Assembly (NCBI GenBank): GCA_041650795.1
Contig: JBAZKK010000004.1
Span: 3,277 to 67,276 of the forward strand
Source: Candidatus Omnitrophota bacterium
GTDB lineage: Bacteria; Omnitrophota; Gorgyraeia; Gygaellales; Profunditerraquicolaceae
Reading direction: 5' to 3'
Length of the DNA stretch: 64,000 bases
The notes under the pieces are model-generated. The model was given only the letters and a program-made list of their open reading frames with translations. It was not told the DNA's origin and made no database searches. A program made the translations under genes and the position numbers. How positions within the stretch are numbered: the stretch's first letter is position 1; every line of letters begins with the position of its first letter. Below, one piece after another: positions 26,572 to 35,187 of this stretch.

Positions 26572-27863
26572 AAAAAATAAATATCGGATTGATAGGATTC
26601 GGTAACGTTGGTTCGGGGGTAGTCAGGATTTTGCGAGAGAGGAAGGCTTTCTTAAAAGAGAAGGTCGGCACCGAAATAAATATCGCCAGGATAGCCGATA
26701 AGGATATTTCCTCCAAGAGGAACGTCAATGTTGATAGAAGTGTTTTGACGAAAGACGCCCGCGATGTTATCGCAGATCCCAATATCGATATCGCGGTGGA
26801 GCTTGTCGGCGGAATCCATCCGTCCAGAGAATTTATTATTGAGGCCCTAAAGAGCGGCAAGAATGTCGTTACCGCCAACAAGGCGCTCCTTGCGGAGCGC
26901 GGCAGAGAATTGTTTGCTTTGGCAGAGGACCGCGGCAAAAATATTTATTTCGAGGCGTCGGTCGGCGCCGGCATACCGATTATCAAATCCTTGCGTGAAG
27001 GCCTGGTGGCTAACAGGTTCGAGAGTATCTTCGGGATCGTAAACGGGACCTCTAACTATATCCTTTCCGAAATGTCCCGCAATAACCGGAATTTCAACGA
27101 GGCGCTGCGCCAGGCCCAGGCCAAAGGGTTTGCGGAGAAAGACCCTTCCCTTGATATCGCAGGCATGGATTCGGCGCATAAGCTCGTAATACTTACCTAT
27201 CTTTGTTTCGGGAGATTGATTAATTTAAGCGATGTCTTCGTGCAGGGGGTGTCGGATATATCGCTTTGCGACGTCAATTACGCCAAAGAGTTGGGATTCG
27301 AAATAAAGCTTTTGGCGATCGCCAAGAAGGAGAACGGAGAATTAGAGGCGCGGGTCCATCCCACCCTTATCCCGCAGGACCACCTTCTCTCATCGGTAGG
27401 GAGTATGTTCAATGCCCTTTACGTATCTTCGGACCTGGCGGGGGATTTGTTGTTTTACGGGCCGGGCGCAGGGCAACTATCCGCGGCATCCGCGGTGGTA
27501 TCGGACCTGGTGGACCTTGCCCAGGATATACGCGCCGGGTTATTCCGCCGCAACCTTAACGTCGTCCCCGATGTATCCATCAAAAAGCTGCGTCGCATTG
27601 ACGAAACCTCCAGCCGCTACTACATCCGTTTTATGGTTAAGGACCAACCGGGTGTGTTGGCCAAGATCTCCGGGATCCTGGCAAGGTTCGGCATCAGTAT
27701 CGCTTCGGTAACCCAGAAGGAAAGGAAAAAGACAGAGACCGTGCCTATAGTAATGATACTCCATGATGCCAAGGAAAAGAATCTGCGCCTGGCATTAAAT
27801 ATGATAAACCGCTTAGACATCATAGGCGAGAAGCCTGTGGCAATACGCATGGAAGAGGTGTAA
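26568..27863 (+). CDS. hom: Homoserine dehydrogenase with C-terminal ACT domain
   Basis: KINIGLIGFGNVGSGV NAD-binding motif, catalytic region, C-terminal ACT. Confidence 0.9.
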   Translation: MKKINIGLIGFGNVGSGVVRILRERKAFLKEKVGTEINIARIADKDISSKRNVNVDRSVLTKDARDVIADPNIDIAVELVGGIHPSREFIIEALKSGKNVVTANKALLAERGRELFALAEDRGKNIYFEASVGAGIPIIKSLREGLVANRFESIFGIVNGTSNYILSEMSRNNRNFNEALRQAQAKGFAEKDPSLDIAGMDSAHKLVILTYLCFGRLINLSDVFVQGVSDISLCDVNYAKELGFEIKLLAIAKKENGELEARVHPTLIPQDHLLSSVGSMFNALYVSSDLAGDLLFYGPGAGQLSAASAVVSDLVDLAQDIRAGLFRRNLNVVPDVSIKKLRRIDETSSRYYIRFMVKDQPGVLAKISGILARFGISIASVTQKERKKTETVPIVMILHDAKEKNLRLALNMINRLDIIGEKPVAIRMEEV

Positions 27864-27865
27864 TT

Positions 27866-28939
27866 ATGAAGTGGCAGGGGGTAATAGAGGAATATAAAAA
27901 GCATCTGCCGGTGACCAGAAGGACCCCTATCGTTACCTTGCGAGAGGGCAATACCCCGCTGATTTATGCCGGCTACCTCAGCCGCTTGGCCGGACGTAAC
28001 CTCGAGGTTTACCTTAAATACGAGGGTCTTAATCCTACGGGGTCCTTTAAGGACCGCGGGATGACGATGGCAGTTTCCAAGGCCTGCGAAGAAAGGGCCA
28101 GGGCGATAATCTGCGCTTCTACCGGCAATACCTCGGCATCGGCTGCGGCCTATGCTGCCCGCGCGGGATTAAGGTGCATCGTTTTGATACCAAAGGGGGC
28201 GATTGCCTTAGGAAAACTCAGCCAGGCACTCATACATGGCGCTACTGTTTTGGCAGTAGACGGAAATTTTGATATTGCCTTGGAGATGGTGCGCCGCATA
28301 GCAGCGGAATATCCCGTCACCCTCGTGAATTCCCTTAACCCTTATCGCATTGAAGGGCAGAAGACCGGAAGTTTCGAGATCTGCGATTTCCTTGGCGATG
28401 CTCCGGATTTCCAGGTTATGCCGGTAGGAAATGCCGGAAACATTACCGCTTATTGGAAGGGGTATAAAGAGTACCGCAGGCTAGCCAAATCCAGGATACT
28501 GCCGCGCATGTTGGGTTTTCAGGCTAAAGGGTCGGCCCCGATAGTCAGGGGGCATGCTGTCAGCAATCCTCGCACCATAGCCACTGCCATACGCATCGGA
28601 AATCCCGCCAGCTGGAAACAGGCCGAGCAGGCCCGAGATGAATCCGGCGGGCTTATAGATATGGTTTCGGACAACGAAATCCTGGCGGCCTATAAAATAT
28701 TGTCTTCCAAGGAAGGGGTTTTTGTAGAGCCGGCATCCGCTGCTTCAGTTGCCGGTTTACTCAAACTTGCCCAAAAAGGGTATTTTAAGAAGACCCTTAA
28801 GAAGCGCGAAGCGCGGCGCATCGTCTGCATCCTGACAGGGCACGGCTTAAAGGACCCTGACCGGGCAATCAAGAGCATTAAGGCCCCCAGGGTAGTCAGG
28901 CCTGACTTAAAGGCAGTCCTAAAAGAAATTGGTTATTAA
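27866..28939 (+). CDS. thrC: Threonine synthase ThrC
   Basis: PLP-lysine motif TGSFKDRGMT; full-length similarity to ThrC. Confidence 0.9.
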   Translation: MKWQGVIEEYKKHLPVTRRTPIVTLREGNTPLIYAGYLSRLAGRNLEVYLKYEGLNPTGSFKDRGMTMAVSKACEERARAIICASTGNTSASAAAYAARAGLRCIVLIPKGAIALGKLSQALIHGATVLAVDGNFDIALEMVRRIAAEYPVTLVNSLNPYRIEGQKTGSFEICDFLGDAPDFQVMPVGNAGNITAYWKGYKEYRRLAKSRILPRMLGFQAKGSAPIVRGHAVSNPRTIATAIRIGNPASWKQAEQARDESGGLIDMVSDNEILAAYKILSSKEGVFVEPASAASVAGLLKLAQKGYFKKTLKKREARRIVCILTGHGLKDPDRAIKSIKAPRVVRPDLKAVLKEIGY

Positions 28940-29588
28940 TAAAAAATCCACCTTAAGAGGCAAGCGTGTCTTGATTACCGCCGGCCCGACCTGGGCGGCG
29001 ATTGATAGCGTCAGGGTAATAAGCAATACCGCCAGCGGCAGGACGGGGATTTTATTGGCGCGGGATTTCAAGAAACTGGGGGCTAAGGTAACATTGCTCC
29101 TGGGTCCGGTGGGCTCCTGTTCTTTGGATAAGGGGATCAAGATGTTGCGTTTTTCTTTCTTTGATGAGCTAAGGAGCCTTCTTGAAAGAGAGCTCGCCTG
29201 CGTTAAATACGATGCCGTAATACATACTGCGGCAGTTTCTGATTATATGGCGCCTAGGCCTTACCGGCGCAAGATAAAATCCGGCATCAAGGGGTTGAGG
29301 ATTAGGCTGAGCCCTACCCCCAAGATAATTAATTGCATAAAGCGGATTTCTCCTTTCAGCCTTGCCGTAGGTTTTAAGTTTGAGCCTCAGGCGTCAAGGG
29401 GGGTTTTATTAAGGGAAGCCAGGGGCCTCATGCGCTTTGCGAGGCTTGACATTGCGGTTGCCAATACCATTAGAGAGGGGCGTTACCGTGCCTACATCGT
29501 TGGCGCCCGCAAGGTTTACGGCCCATTTACCACTAAAGGGATGATGAGCAGGGGGTTGGAAAGGTTGATAGGGAGTCAGTTATTATGA
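28929..29588 (+). CDS. coaB: Phosphopantothenate-cysteine ligase (stand-alone CoaB domain)
   Basis: GKRVLITAGPTWAAIDSVRVISNTASGRTG matches the CoaB half of CoaBC; no CoaC flavoprotein domain. Confidence 0.75.
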   Translation: MVINKKSTLRGKRVLITAGPTWAAIDSVRVISNTASGRTGILLARDFKKLGAKVTLLLGPVGSCSLDKGIKMLRFSFFDELRSLLERELACVKYDAVIHTAAVSDYMAPRPYRRKIKSGIKGLRIRLSPTPKIINCIKRISPFSLAVGFKFEPQASRGVLLREARGLMRFARLDIAVANTIREGRYRAYIVGARKVYGPFTTKGMMSRGLERLIGSQLL

Positions 29589-30787
29589 AATACGCTGTTT
29601 TGGTTGCGGATGGAATGGCGGATTACCCTTTAAAGGAGCTTGACGGGCATACGCCTTTAGAGGTGGCGCGCAAGCCGCATATGGATTTTATCGCGCGTTC
29701 CGGCATGCTGGGAAGGGTCAGGACCATACCGCTTAAGGCTTCTCCAGGTTCGGATGTCGCGAACATATCCATACTTGGGTATGAGCCCGCAAGGTTTTAT
29801 ACCGGCAGGGGGCCGTTGGAAGCGGCCAACCTGGGAGTGGAGCTCGCGGATGACGACGTGGCTTTCCGGTGCAATCTTATTACTGCCGCCGATAATAAGC
29901 TTATAGATTACAGCGCAGGCCATATCGGCTCTGAAGAAGCAGCCAACCTTATCAGGTTCATTGACAAGAGACTCGGCAGCGAGCGCTTTAGATTCTATCC
30001 CGGGGTCAGTTACAGGCATCTGATGGTCGCGAAAGCCGGCATCCGGGACGGCCTCGACGCCCTTAAATGCAGACCGCCGCACGATATTATCAATCGCGAC
30101 ATCAACGCTAACCTTCCGTCCGGAAAGGGCGCAGAGGATATTATTGGCCTCATGCAGGAATCAAGGAGTTTGCTTGAGAGCCACGAGATTAACCTGGTGC
30201 GTATTGATTTAAAGGAGAACCCCGCGAACATGATTTGGCTATGGGGCCAGGGAAAGAAACCGTCGATGCCGGGCTTTCAGGATAAGTACGGCCTAAAGGG
30301 GAGCGTTATCTCGGCGGTGGACCTTATCAGGGGGCTTGGGCGGATTTTGGGTTTGGGGGTGGTCAAGGTTGAGGGCGCTACCGGATATTACGACACCAAT
30401 TATCAGGGGAAGGCAGAGGCAGCGCTTAAGTGCCTGGAGGATGATGATTTTGTCTTTGTCCATGTTGAAGCGCCGGATGAGGCCGGACACAACGGCGATA
30501 TTCGCGAAAAAATCTTGGCTATTGAGCGCTTTGACCAGTTTATCGTAGGTCCGATTGTGGAGGAGTTTAAGGATAAGGATAATTTCAGGATGGTCGTTTT
30601 GCCGGACCACGCCACCCCCATATCCTTGAGGACCCATACCTCTGATATTGTGCCTTTTGCCATCTACGGCAGCGGCATATCTGCCGGCGGAGCCTCCGGT
30701 TACAGCGAAAAGGAAGCCGCGGGCTCCGACCTTTATTTTGATAACGGTTATGAATTGATGGATTATATCGTTAAAGGAGCCAGATGA
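29585..30787 (+). CDS. apgM: Archaeal-type cofactor-independent phosphoglycerate mutase family protein (ApgM-like); candidate homoserine kinase analogue
   Basis: MKYAVLVADGMADYPLKELDGHTPLEVARKPHMDFIA...SPGSDVANISILGYEP, ApgM/metalloenzyme superfamily. Confidence 0.75.
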   Translation: MKYAVLVADGMADYPLKELDGHTPLEVARKPHMDFIARSGMLGRVRTIPLKASPGSDVANISILGYEPARFYTGRGPLEAANLGVELADDDVAFRCNLITAADNKLIDYSAGHIGSEEAANLIRFIDKRLGSERFRFYPGVSYRHLMVAKAGIRDGLDALKCRPPHDIINRDINANLPSGKGAEDIIGLMQESRSLLESHEINLVRIDLKENPANMIWLWGQGKKPSMPGFQDKYGLKGSVISAVDLIRGLGRILGLGVVKVEGATGYYDTNYQGKAEAALKCLEDDDFVFVHVEAPDEAGHNGDIREKILAIERFDQFIVGPIVEEFKDKDNFRMVVLPDHATPISLRTHTSDIVPFAIYGSGISAGGASGYSEKEAAGSDLYFDNGYELMDYIVKGAR

Positions 30788-32367
30788 GCGCCGTAGTCGT
30801 TGTCGTGCCGTCGCTGGCGTTATTATTCCTTGGCTACAGGTATTATGCCCGTAGGATAGAGCGCCTCTGGGGGGTTGATTCTAAGAGGGCAACCCCCGCA
30901 TTTTCAAAGTACGACAGCGTCGATTACATCCCCGCGAAGAACTGGCTGGTGCTTTTCGGGCATCATTTTTCTTCCATTTCCGGGGCAGGGCCGGTTATCG
31001 GGCCGGTGATTGCGGTGATATTCTGGGGCTGGCTGCCTGCTTTGTTGTGGGTCGTATTCGGCACGATTTTCATCGGAGGGGTGCATGATTTCGGCTCCCT
31101 CATTACTTCGGTAAGGGAAGGCGGCTCTTCCGTAGCGGATATCTCCCGCCACGTAATTTCACGGCGCACCAAGGTGATATTTTCCCTGTTCCTGTGGTTG
31201 ACCCTGTTGTTGATAGTCGCGGTCTTCGCTTATCTGTGTGCCGATACCTTTGTAAAAGAACCCAGGATTGTGCTGCCTTCCTTAGGCTTAATCCCGGTGG
31301 CGATAATAGTGGGGCACCTGATATATAATTTAAGGTTGAACACCGGCATTGCTACTATTTTGGGGTTGGTTTGCATATGCGGGTTAATGTTTGCCGGAAA
31401 CCGCTATACCGTACAGCTGGATGCGCGCATCTGGGTAATTGTTTTGTTGACATATTGTTATTTTGCTTCCATCCTGCCCGTGAACATTCTCCTGCAGCCG
31501 CGCGATTACCTTTCGAGCTTTTTTTTGTTTTTCGGAGTGGCCTGCGGATACCTCGGTCTGCTTTTGACGTCTCCGAGGCTGACTATGCCGGCTTACCAGG
31601 GGTGGCATAGCGAGGGAGGGTATCTCTGGCCGGCTCTATTTGTAACTGTGGCCTGCGGCGCGCTCTCGGGTTTTCATTCCCTGATAGCCAGCGGCACGTC
31701 ATCCAAACAGTTAGCCAATGAAAGGCAGGCCAAGAGGATCGGCTACGGCGGCATGGTAGCCGAGGCATTGGTAGCGATATTGGCCATCGTGGTCACCGCC
31801 GCGTTATTCAACGGTTCCTCTGGCCCGGCCCAGGCGTTAAAGTCCCTGGGGCCCATCAATATTTTTGGCAGGGGATACGGCATAGTCGCCAGGCCTATAC
31901 TGGGCAGCCACGGGCACTTTATAGCAATCATCATCCTCAATATTTTCATCCTGACTACCCTGGACACTGCCACGCGTATCCAGCGCTATATTACCGAGGA
32001 GCTGTTTGGGATAAAGAATCGTTACATCTCGACCCTCATCATCGTGGTCCTGGGGGCAGGGTTGGCGCTCAGCGGAAAATGGAGCCGTATATGGCTGGCA
32101 TTCGGAGCCTCGAATCAACTGGTGGCTGCCCTGGCCTTGTTTGTGATAAGCTGCTGGCTGCTGCTAAAGAACAAAACTGCCGGGTTTACGTTATGGGCGG
32201 CATTCGCGGTACTGGTTACTACCGTCGCAGCGTTGGTTTTGGGTGGGATAAGGTATTTTACCCAGAAGGACATTGTGCTTTTGGCGATAACGCTCCTGCT
32301 TTTGGTTCTGGCAGGTCTGATGCTTTACGATATTATCCCTGTGATAACAAGGAAGGCGAAGGCATGA
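30784..32367 (+). CDS. cstA: Carbon starvation protein CstA family transporter (short form)
   Basis: YIPAKNWLVLFGHHFSSISGAGPVIGPVIAVIFWGWLPALLWVVFGTIFIGGVHDF matches the conserved CstA N-terminus; multi-TM; 527 aa. Confidence 0.8.
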   Translation: MSAVVVVVPSLALLFLGYRYYARRIERLWGVDSKRATPAFSKYDSVDYIPAKNWLVLFGHHFSSISGAGPVIGPVIAVIFWGWLPALLWVVFGTIFIGGVHDFGSLITSVREGGSSVADISRHVISRRTKVIFSLFLWLTLLLIVAVFAYLCADTFVKEPRIVLPSLGLIPVAIIVGHLIYNLRLNTGIATILGLVCICGLMFAGNRYTVQLDARIWVIVLLTYCYFASILPVNILLQPRDYLSSFFLFFGVACGYLGLLLTSPRLTMPAYQGWHSEGGYLWPALFVTVACGALSGFHSLIASGTSSKQLANERQAKRIGYGGMVAEALVAILAIVVTAALFNGSSGPAQALKSLGPINIFGRGYGIVARPILGSHGHFIAIIILNIFILTTLDTATRIQRYITEELFGIKNRYISTLIIVVLGAGLALSGKWSRIWLAFGASNQLVAALALFVISCWLLLKNKTAGFTLWAAFAVLVTTVAALVLGGIRYFTQKDIVLLAITLLLLVLAGLMLYDIIPVITRKAKA

Positions 32368-33593
32368 AGAAGAGGGCTTTGGTGGTGCAGAAATTCGGAG
32401 GCTCCTCAGTAGCTAACGTGGAGCGTATCCAAAACGTTGCCAGGAGGGTAGTGCGTTATAAGAAGGACGGTTGCAGCATGGTGGTGGTGGTTTCTGCTCT
32501 CGGCGATACCACCGATGAACTTATGGAATTAGCGCATAAGATTGACAGGAACCCTCCCGAACGCGAGATAGACATGCTTTTATCCACGGGCGAGCAGATA
32601 TCCGTAGCGCTGTTGGCGATGGCCATCAATAGATTGGGCTGCGAGGCGATATCGTTTACCGGAGGCCAGGTAGGCATCATTACGGATACCGGACACACCA
32701 GGGCCCGCATCGTCAAGGTAAACTCCGAAAGGATTAAGCGGGAACTTGCCGGCGGCAGGATTGTGATTGTGGCGGGCTTCCAGGGTGTAACGGCGGATGA
32801 CGAGATTACCACTTTAGGCCGCGGCGGCTCGGACTTGACCGCCGTAGCCCTGGCAAAGGAACTGGAGGCCGACTATTGCGAGATCTACACCGACGTCGAA
32901 GGCATCTATACCACCGATCCCCGCATTGAGCCGAAAGCCAGAAAGATCAGGAGGATTACCTATGATGAGATGTTGGAGATGGCGTCGCTCGGTGCGCAGG
33001 TAATGCAGGCGCGCTCCATTGAGGTAGCCAAGAGGTTCGATGTGCCGATACATGTGCGCTCTTCATTCTCGGAGCGTCCCGGCACCATGATTACGAGGGA
33101 GGCGAGGAACATGGAAGACGTGGTAGTTACCGGTATAACCCTGAACAGGAACGAAGCCAAGATCACGGTTTGCAATGTCCCGGACCGGCCGGGGGTGGCA
33201 GCCAGACTATTCAAGGAACTTGCCGGCAAGGGTATCAGCGTAGATATGATTGTGCAGAACGTCAGTCACCTGCGTTCAACCGACATTTCATTTACCGTTA
33301 ATAAGGCGGATATATCGAGGGCAATGCGCCTGACCAGGAAACTGGCCAGAGAGATAAAGGCGGGGGAGGCCTTGAAAGACGAGGATATTGCCCGTCTTGC
33401 CATAGTGGGCGTAGGGATGAAATCCCATCCCGGCGTGGCGGCGCAGATGTTTGCGGCACTGGCTCAAAACAGCGTCAATATCGAGATGATTTCGACTTCG
33501 GACATCAGTATCTCTTGTATCATCAAGAAAAAATACGCCGAGGTTGCGGTAAGAGCGCTGCACGATAAGTTCGGGTTAGCTACCAGGAGATGA
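32364..33593 (+). CDS. lysC: Aspartate kinase with two C-terminal ACT domains
   Basis: MKKRALVVQKFGGSSVAN start (ATGA overlap with the cstA stop, AAGGAAGG RBS); ACT domains at the C-terminus. Confidence 0.9.
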   Translation: MKKRALVVQKFGGSSVANVERIQNVARRVVRYKKDGCSMVVVVSALGDTTDELMELAHKIDRNPPEREIDMLLSTGEQISVALLAMAINRLGCEAISFTGGQVGIITDTGHTRARIVKVNSERIKRELAGGRIVIVAGFQGVTADDEITTLGRGGSDLTAVALAKELEADYCEIYTDVEGIYTTDPRIEPKARKIRRITYDEMLEMASLGAQVMQARSIEVAKRFDVPIHVRSSFSERPGTMITREARNMEDVVVTGITLNRNEAKITVCNVPDRPGVAARLFKELAGKGISVDMIVQNVSHLRSTDISFTVNKADISRAMRLTRKLAREIKAGEALKDEDIARLAIVGVGMKSHPGVAAQMFAALAQNSVNIEMISTSDISISCIIKKKYAEVAVRALHDKFGLATRR

Positions 33594-35182
33594 ATACCAT
33601 GGCCGAGGTTAAGATTTACGATACCACGCTGCGCGACGGCACCCAGGGGGAGGGCATTTCTTATTCGGTAACCGATAAGATCCGCATTGCCGAGGAGTTG
33701 GATGCCCTGGGGGTCCATTATATCGAAGGCGGATGGCCGGGGTCTAACCCTAAGGATATGGAGTTTTACCGTAAGGTTTGCGGACGGCGTTTTAAAAACA
33801 GCCGGATTGTGGCTTTTGGCTCTACCCGTAAATGCGGCGTAAAGGCCGCAGAGGACCAGAATCTGAAGGCGCTTCTGGCGTCTGGGGCAAAGACAGCTAC
33901 GATTTTCGGAAAATGCTGGGATTTGCACGTCAGGGATGTCCTTAAGACCGCCCCGGAAGAGAATCTTAGGATGATAGGCGACAGCATCGCTTTCCTGGCG
34001 GGACGGGGGTTATCTGTATTTTTTGATGCCGAGCACTTTTTTGACGGTTACCGTTCCAATAAGAGCTACTGCCTTAAATGCCTTGAGGCTGCCCATAAGG
34101 CAGGCGCCGCAGAGATAATACTTTGCGATACCAACGGCGGGACGCTTACCTCTGCGATAGTCGCTATTATTAAAGAGGTGCGCTGCGGCATCAAGGGCGG
34201 GATAGGTATCCATTGCCATAACGACGCCGGGCTTGCGGTTGCCAATTCCATTGCCGCAGTGGAGGCGGGATGCGACATGGTGCACGGCACCATTAACGGT
34301 TACGGCGAGCGTTGCGGCAACGCGGATTTAATACCTATTATTGCCGCTATCAAACTGAAACTCGGGATAGACTGTATCAGCAACGAGAAATTAAAGGACC
34401 TAAGGCGCATCTCGTATTTTATCAGCGAGATCAGCAATATGAAGGAAAGGAACGATCAGCCTTACGTAGGTTCCTCGGCTTTTGCTCATAAGGCGGGCGT
34501 GCATATCAACGCCGTGATGAAAAACCCGCGCACCTACGAGCATGTCGAGCCTTCTTTGGTAGGTAACGAGCGCCGCATCCTCGTATCGGAGTTAGCCGGC
34601 AAGACCGGGGTTTTTATCCGTGCCAAGGCCATGAAGCTGGATCTCACCAAAGATGACCCCAGGACTAAAAAGATACTTAAGCTGTTGCAGGAGATGGAAC
34701 ATCAGGGGTATCATTTTGAAGCTGCGGATGCCTCATTAGAGTTATTGATAAAAAGGGCGCTTAAGCAGTGCCGGGATTTCTTCCGGCTGGAGGGTTTTAA
34801 GGTAGTAGTTGAGAAGCATAGCGATAGCAAGATAACCACCGAGGCGATTATCAAGCTTAGCGTTAACGGCGCCAGGGAGCACACCGCGGCAGAAGGCGAT
34901 GGCCCGGTGAATGCGCTGGATAACGCCCTTCGTAAGGCCCTGAAGAATTTTTACCCCGCCTTATCAAAGATGCACCTTTCGGATTTTAAGGTAAGGGTCT
35001 TAAACGAAAAAGCGGGGACCGCCGCCAGGGTGCGCGTCCTGATAGAATCCCGGGACGAGAAGGGCAGTTGGAGCACCATAGGCGTTTCTGAGAATATTAT
35101 CGAGGCCTCCTGGCAGGCCCTGTTGGACAGCGTGGAATACAAGTTACTAAAAGACAGCGGATCTTCAGGAGAAAAAAGATAA
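33590..35182 (+). CDS. cimA: (R)-citramalate synthase CimA / 2-isopropylmalate synthase family with LeuA-type regulatory domain
   Basis: KIYDTTLRDGTQGEGISYS N-terminus, HMGL-like TIM barrel, C-terminal LeuA dimerisation domain; 530 aa. Confidence 0.75.
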   Translation: MNTMAEVKIYDTTLRDGTQGEGISYSVTDKIRIAEELDALGVHYIEGGWPGSNPKDMEFYRKVCGRRFKNSRIVAFGSTRKCGVKAAEDQNLKALLASGAKTATIFGKCWDLHVRDVLKTAPEENLRMIGDSIAFLAGRGLSVFFDAEHFFDGYRSNKSYCLKCLEAAHKAGAAEIILCDTNGGTLTSAIVAIIKEVRCGIKGGIGIHCHNDAGLAVANSIAAVEAGCDMVHGTINGYGERCGNADLIPIIAAIKLKLGIDCISNEKLKDLRRISYFISEISNMKERNDQPYVGSSAFAHKAGVHINAVMKNPRTYEHVEPSLVGNERRILVSELAGKTGVFIRAKAMKLDLTKDDPRTKKILKLLQEMEHQGYHFEAADASLELLIKRALKQCRDFFRLEGFKVVVEKHSDSKITTEAIIKLSVNGAREHTAAEGDGPVNALDNALRKALKNFYPALSKMHLSDFKVRVLNEKAGTAARVRVLIESRDEKGSWSTIGVSENIIEASWQALLDSVEYKLLKDSGSSGEKR

Positions 35183-35187
35183 GTTTT

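Noticed and set aside
27266-27711. Two + strand alternative-frame ORFs (97 and 99 aa) inside hom
   Set aside because: They sit in an internal out-of-frame stretch of the well-supported hom gene and have Arg/Gly/Pro-rich composition typical of spurious frames.
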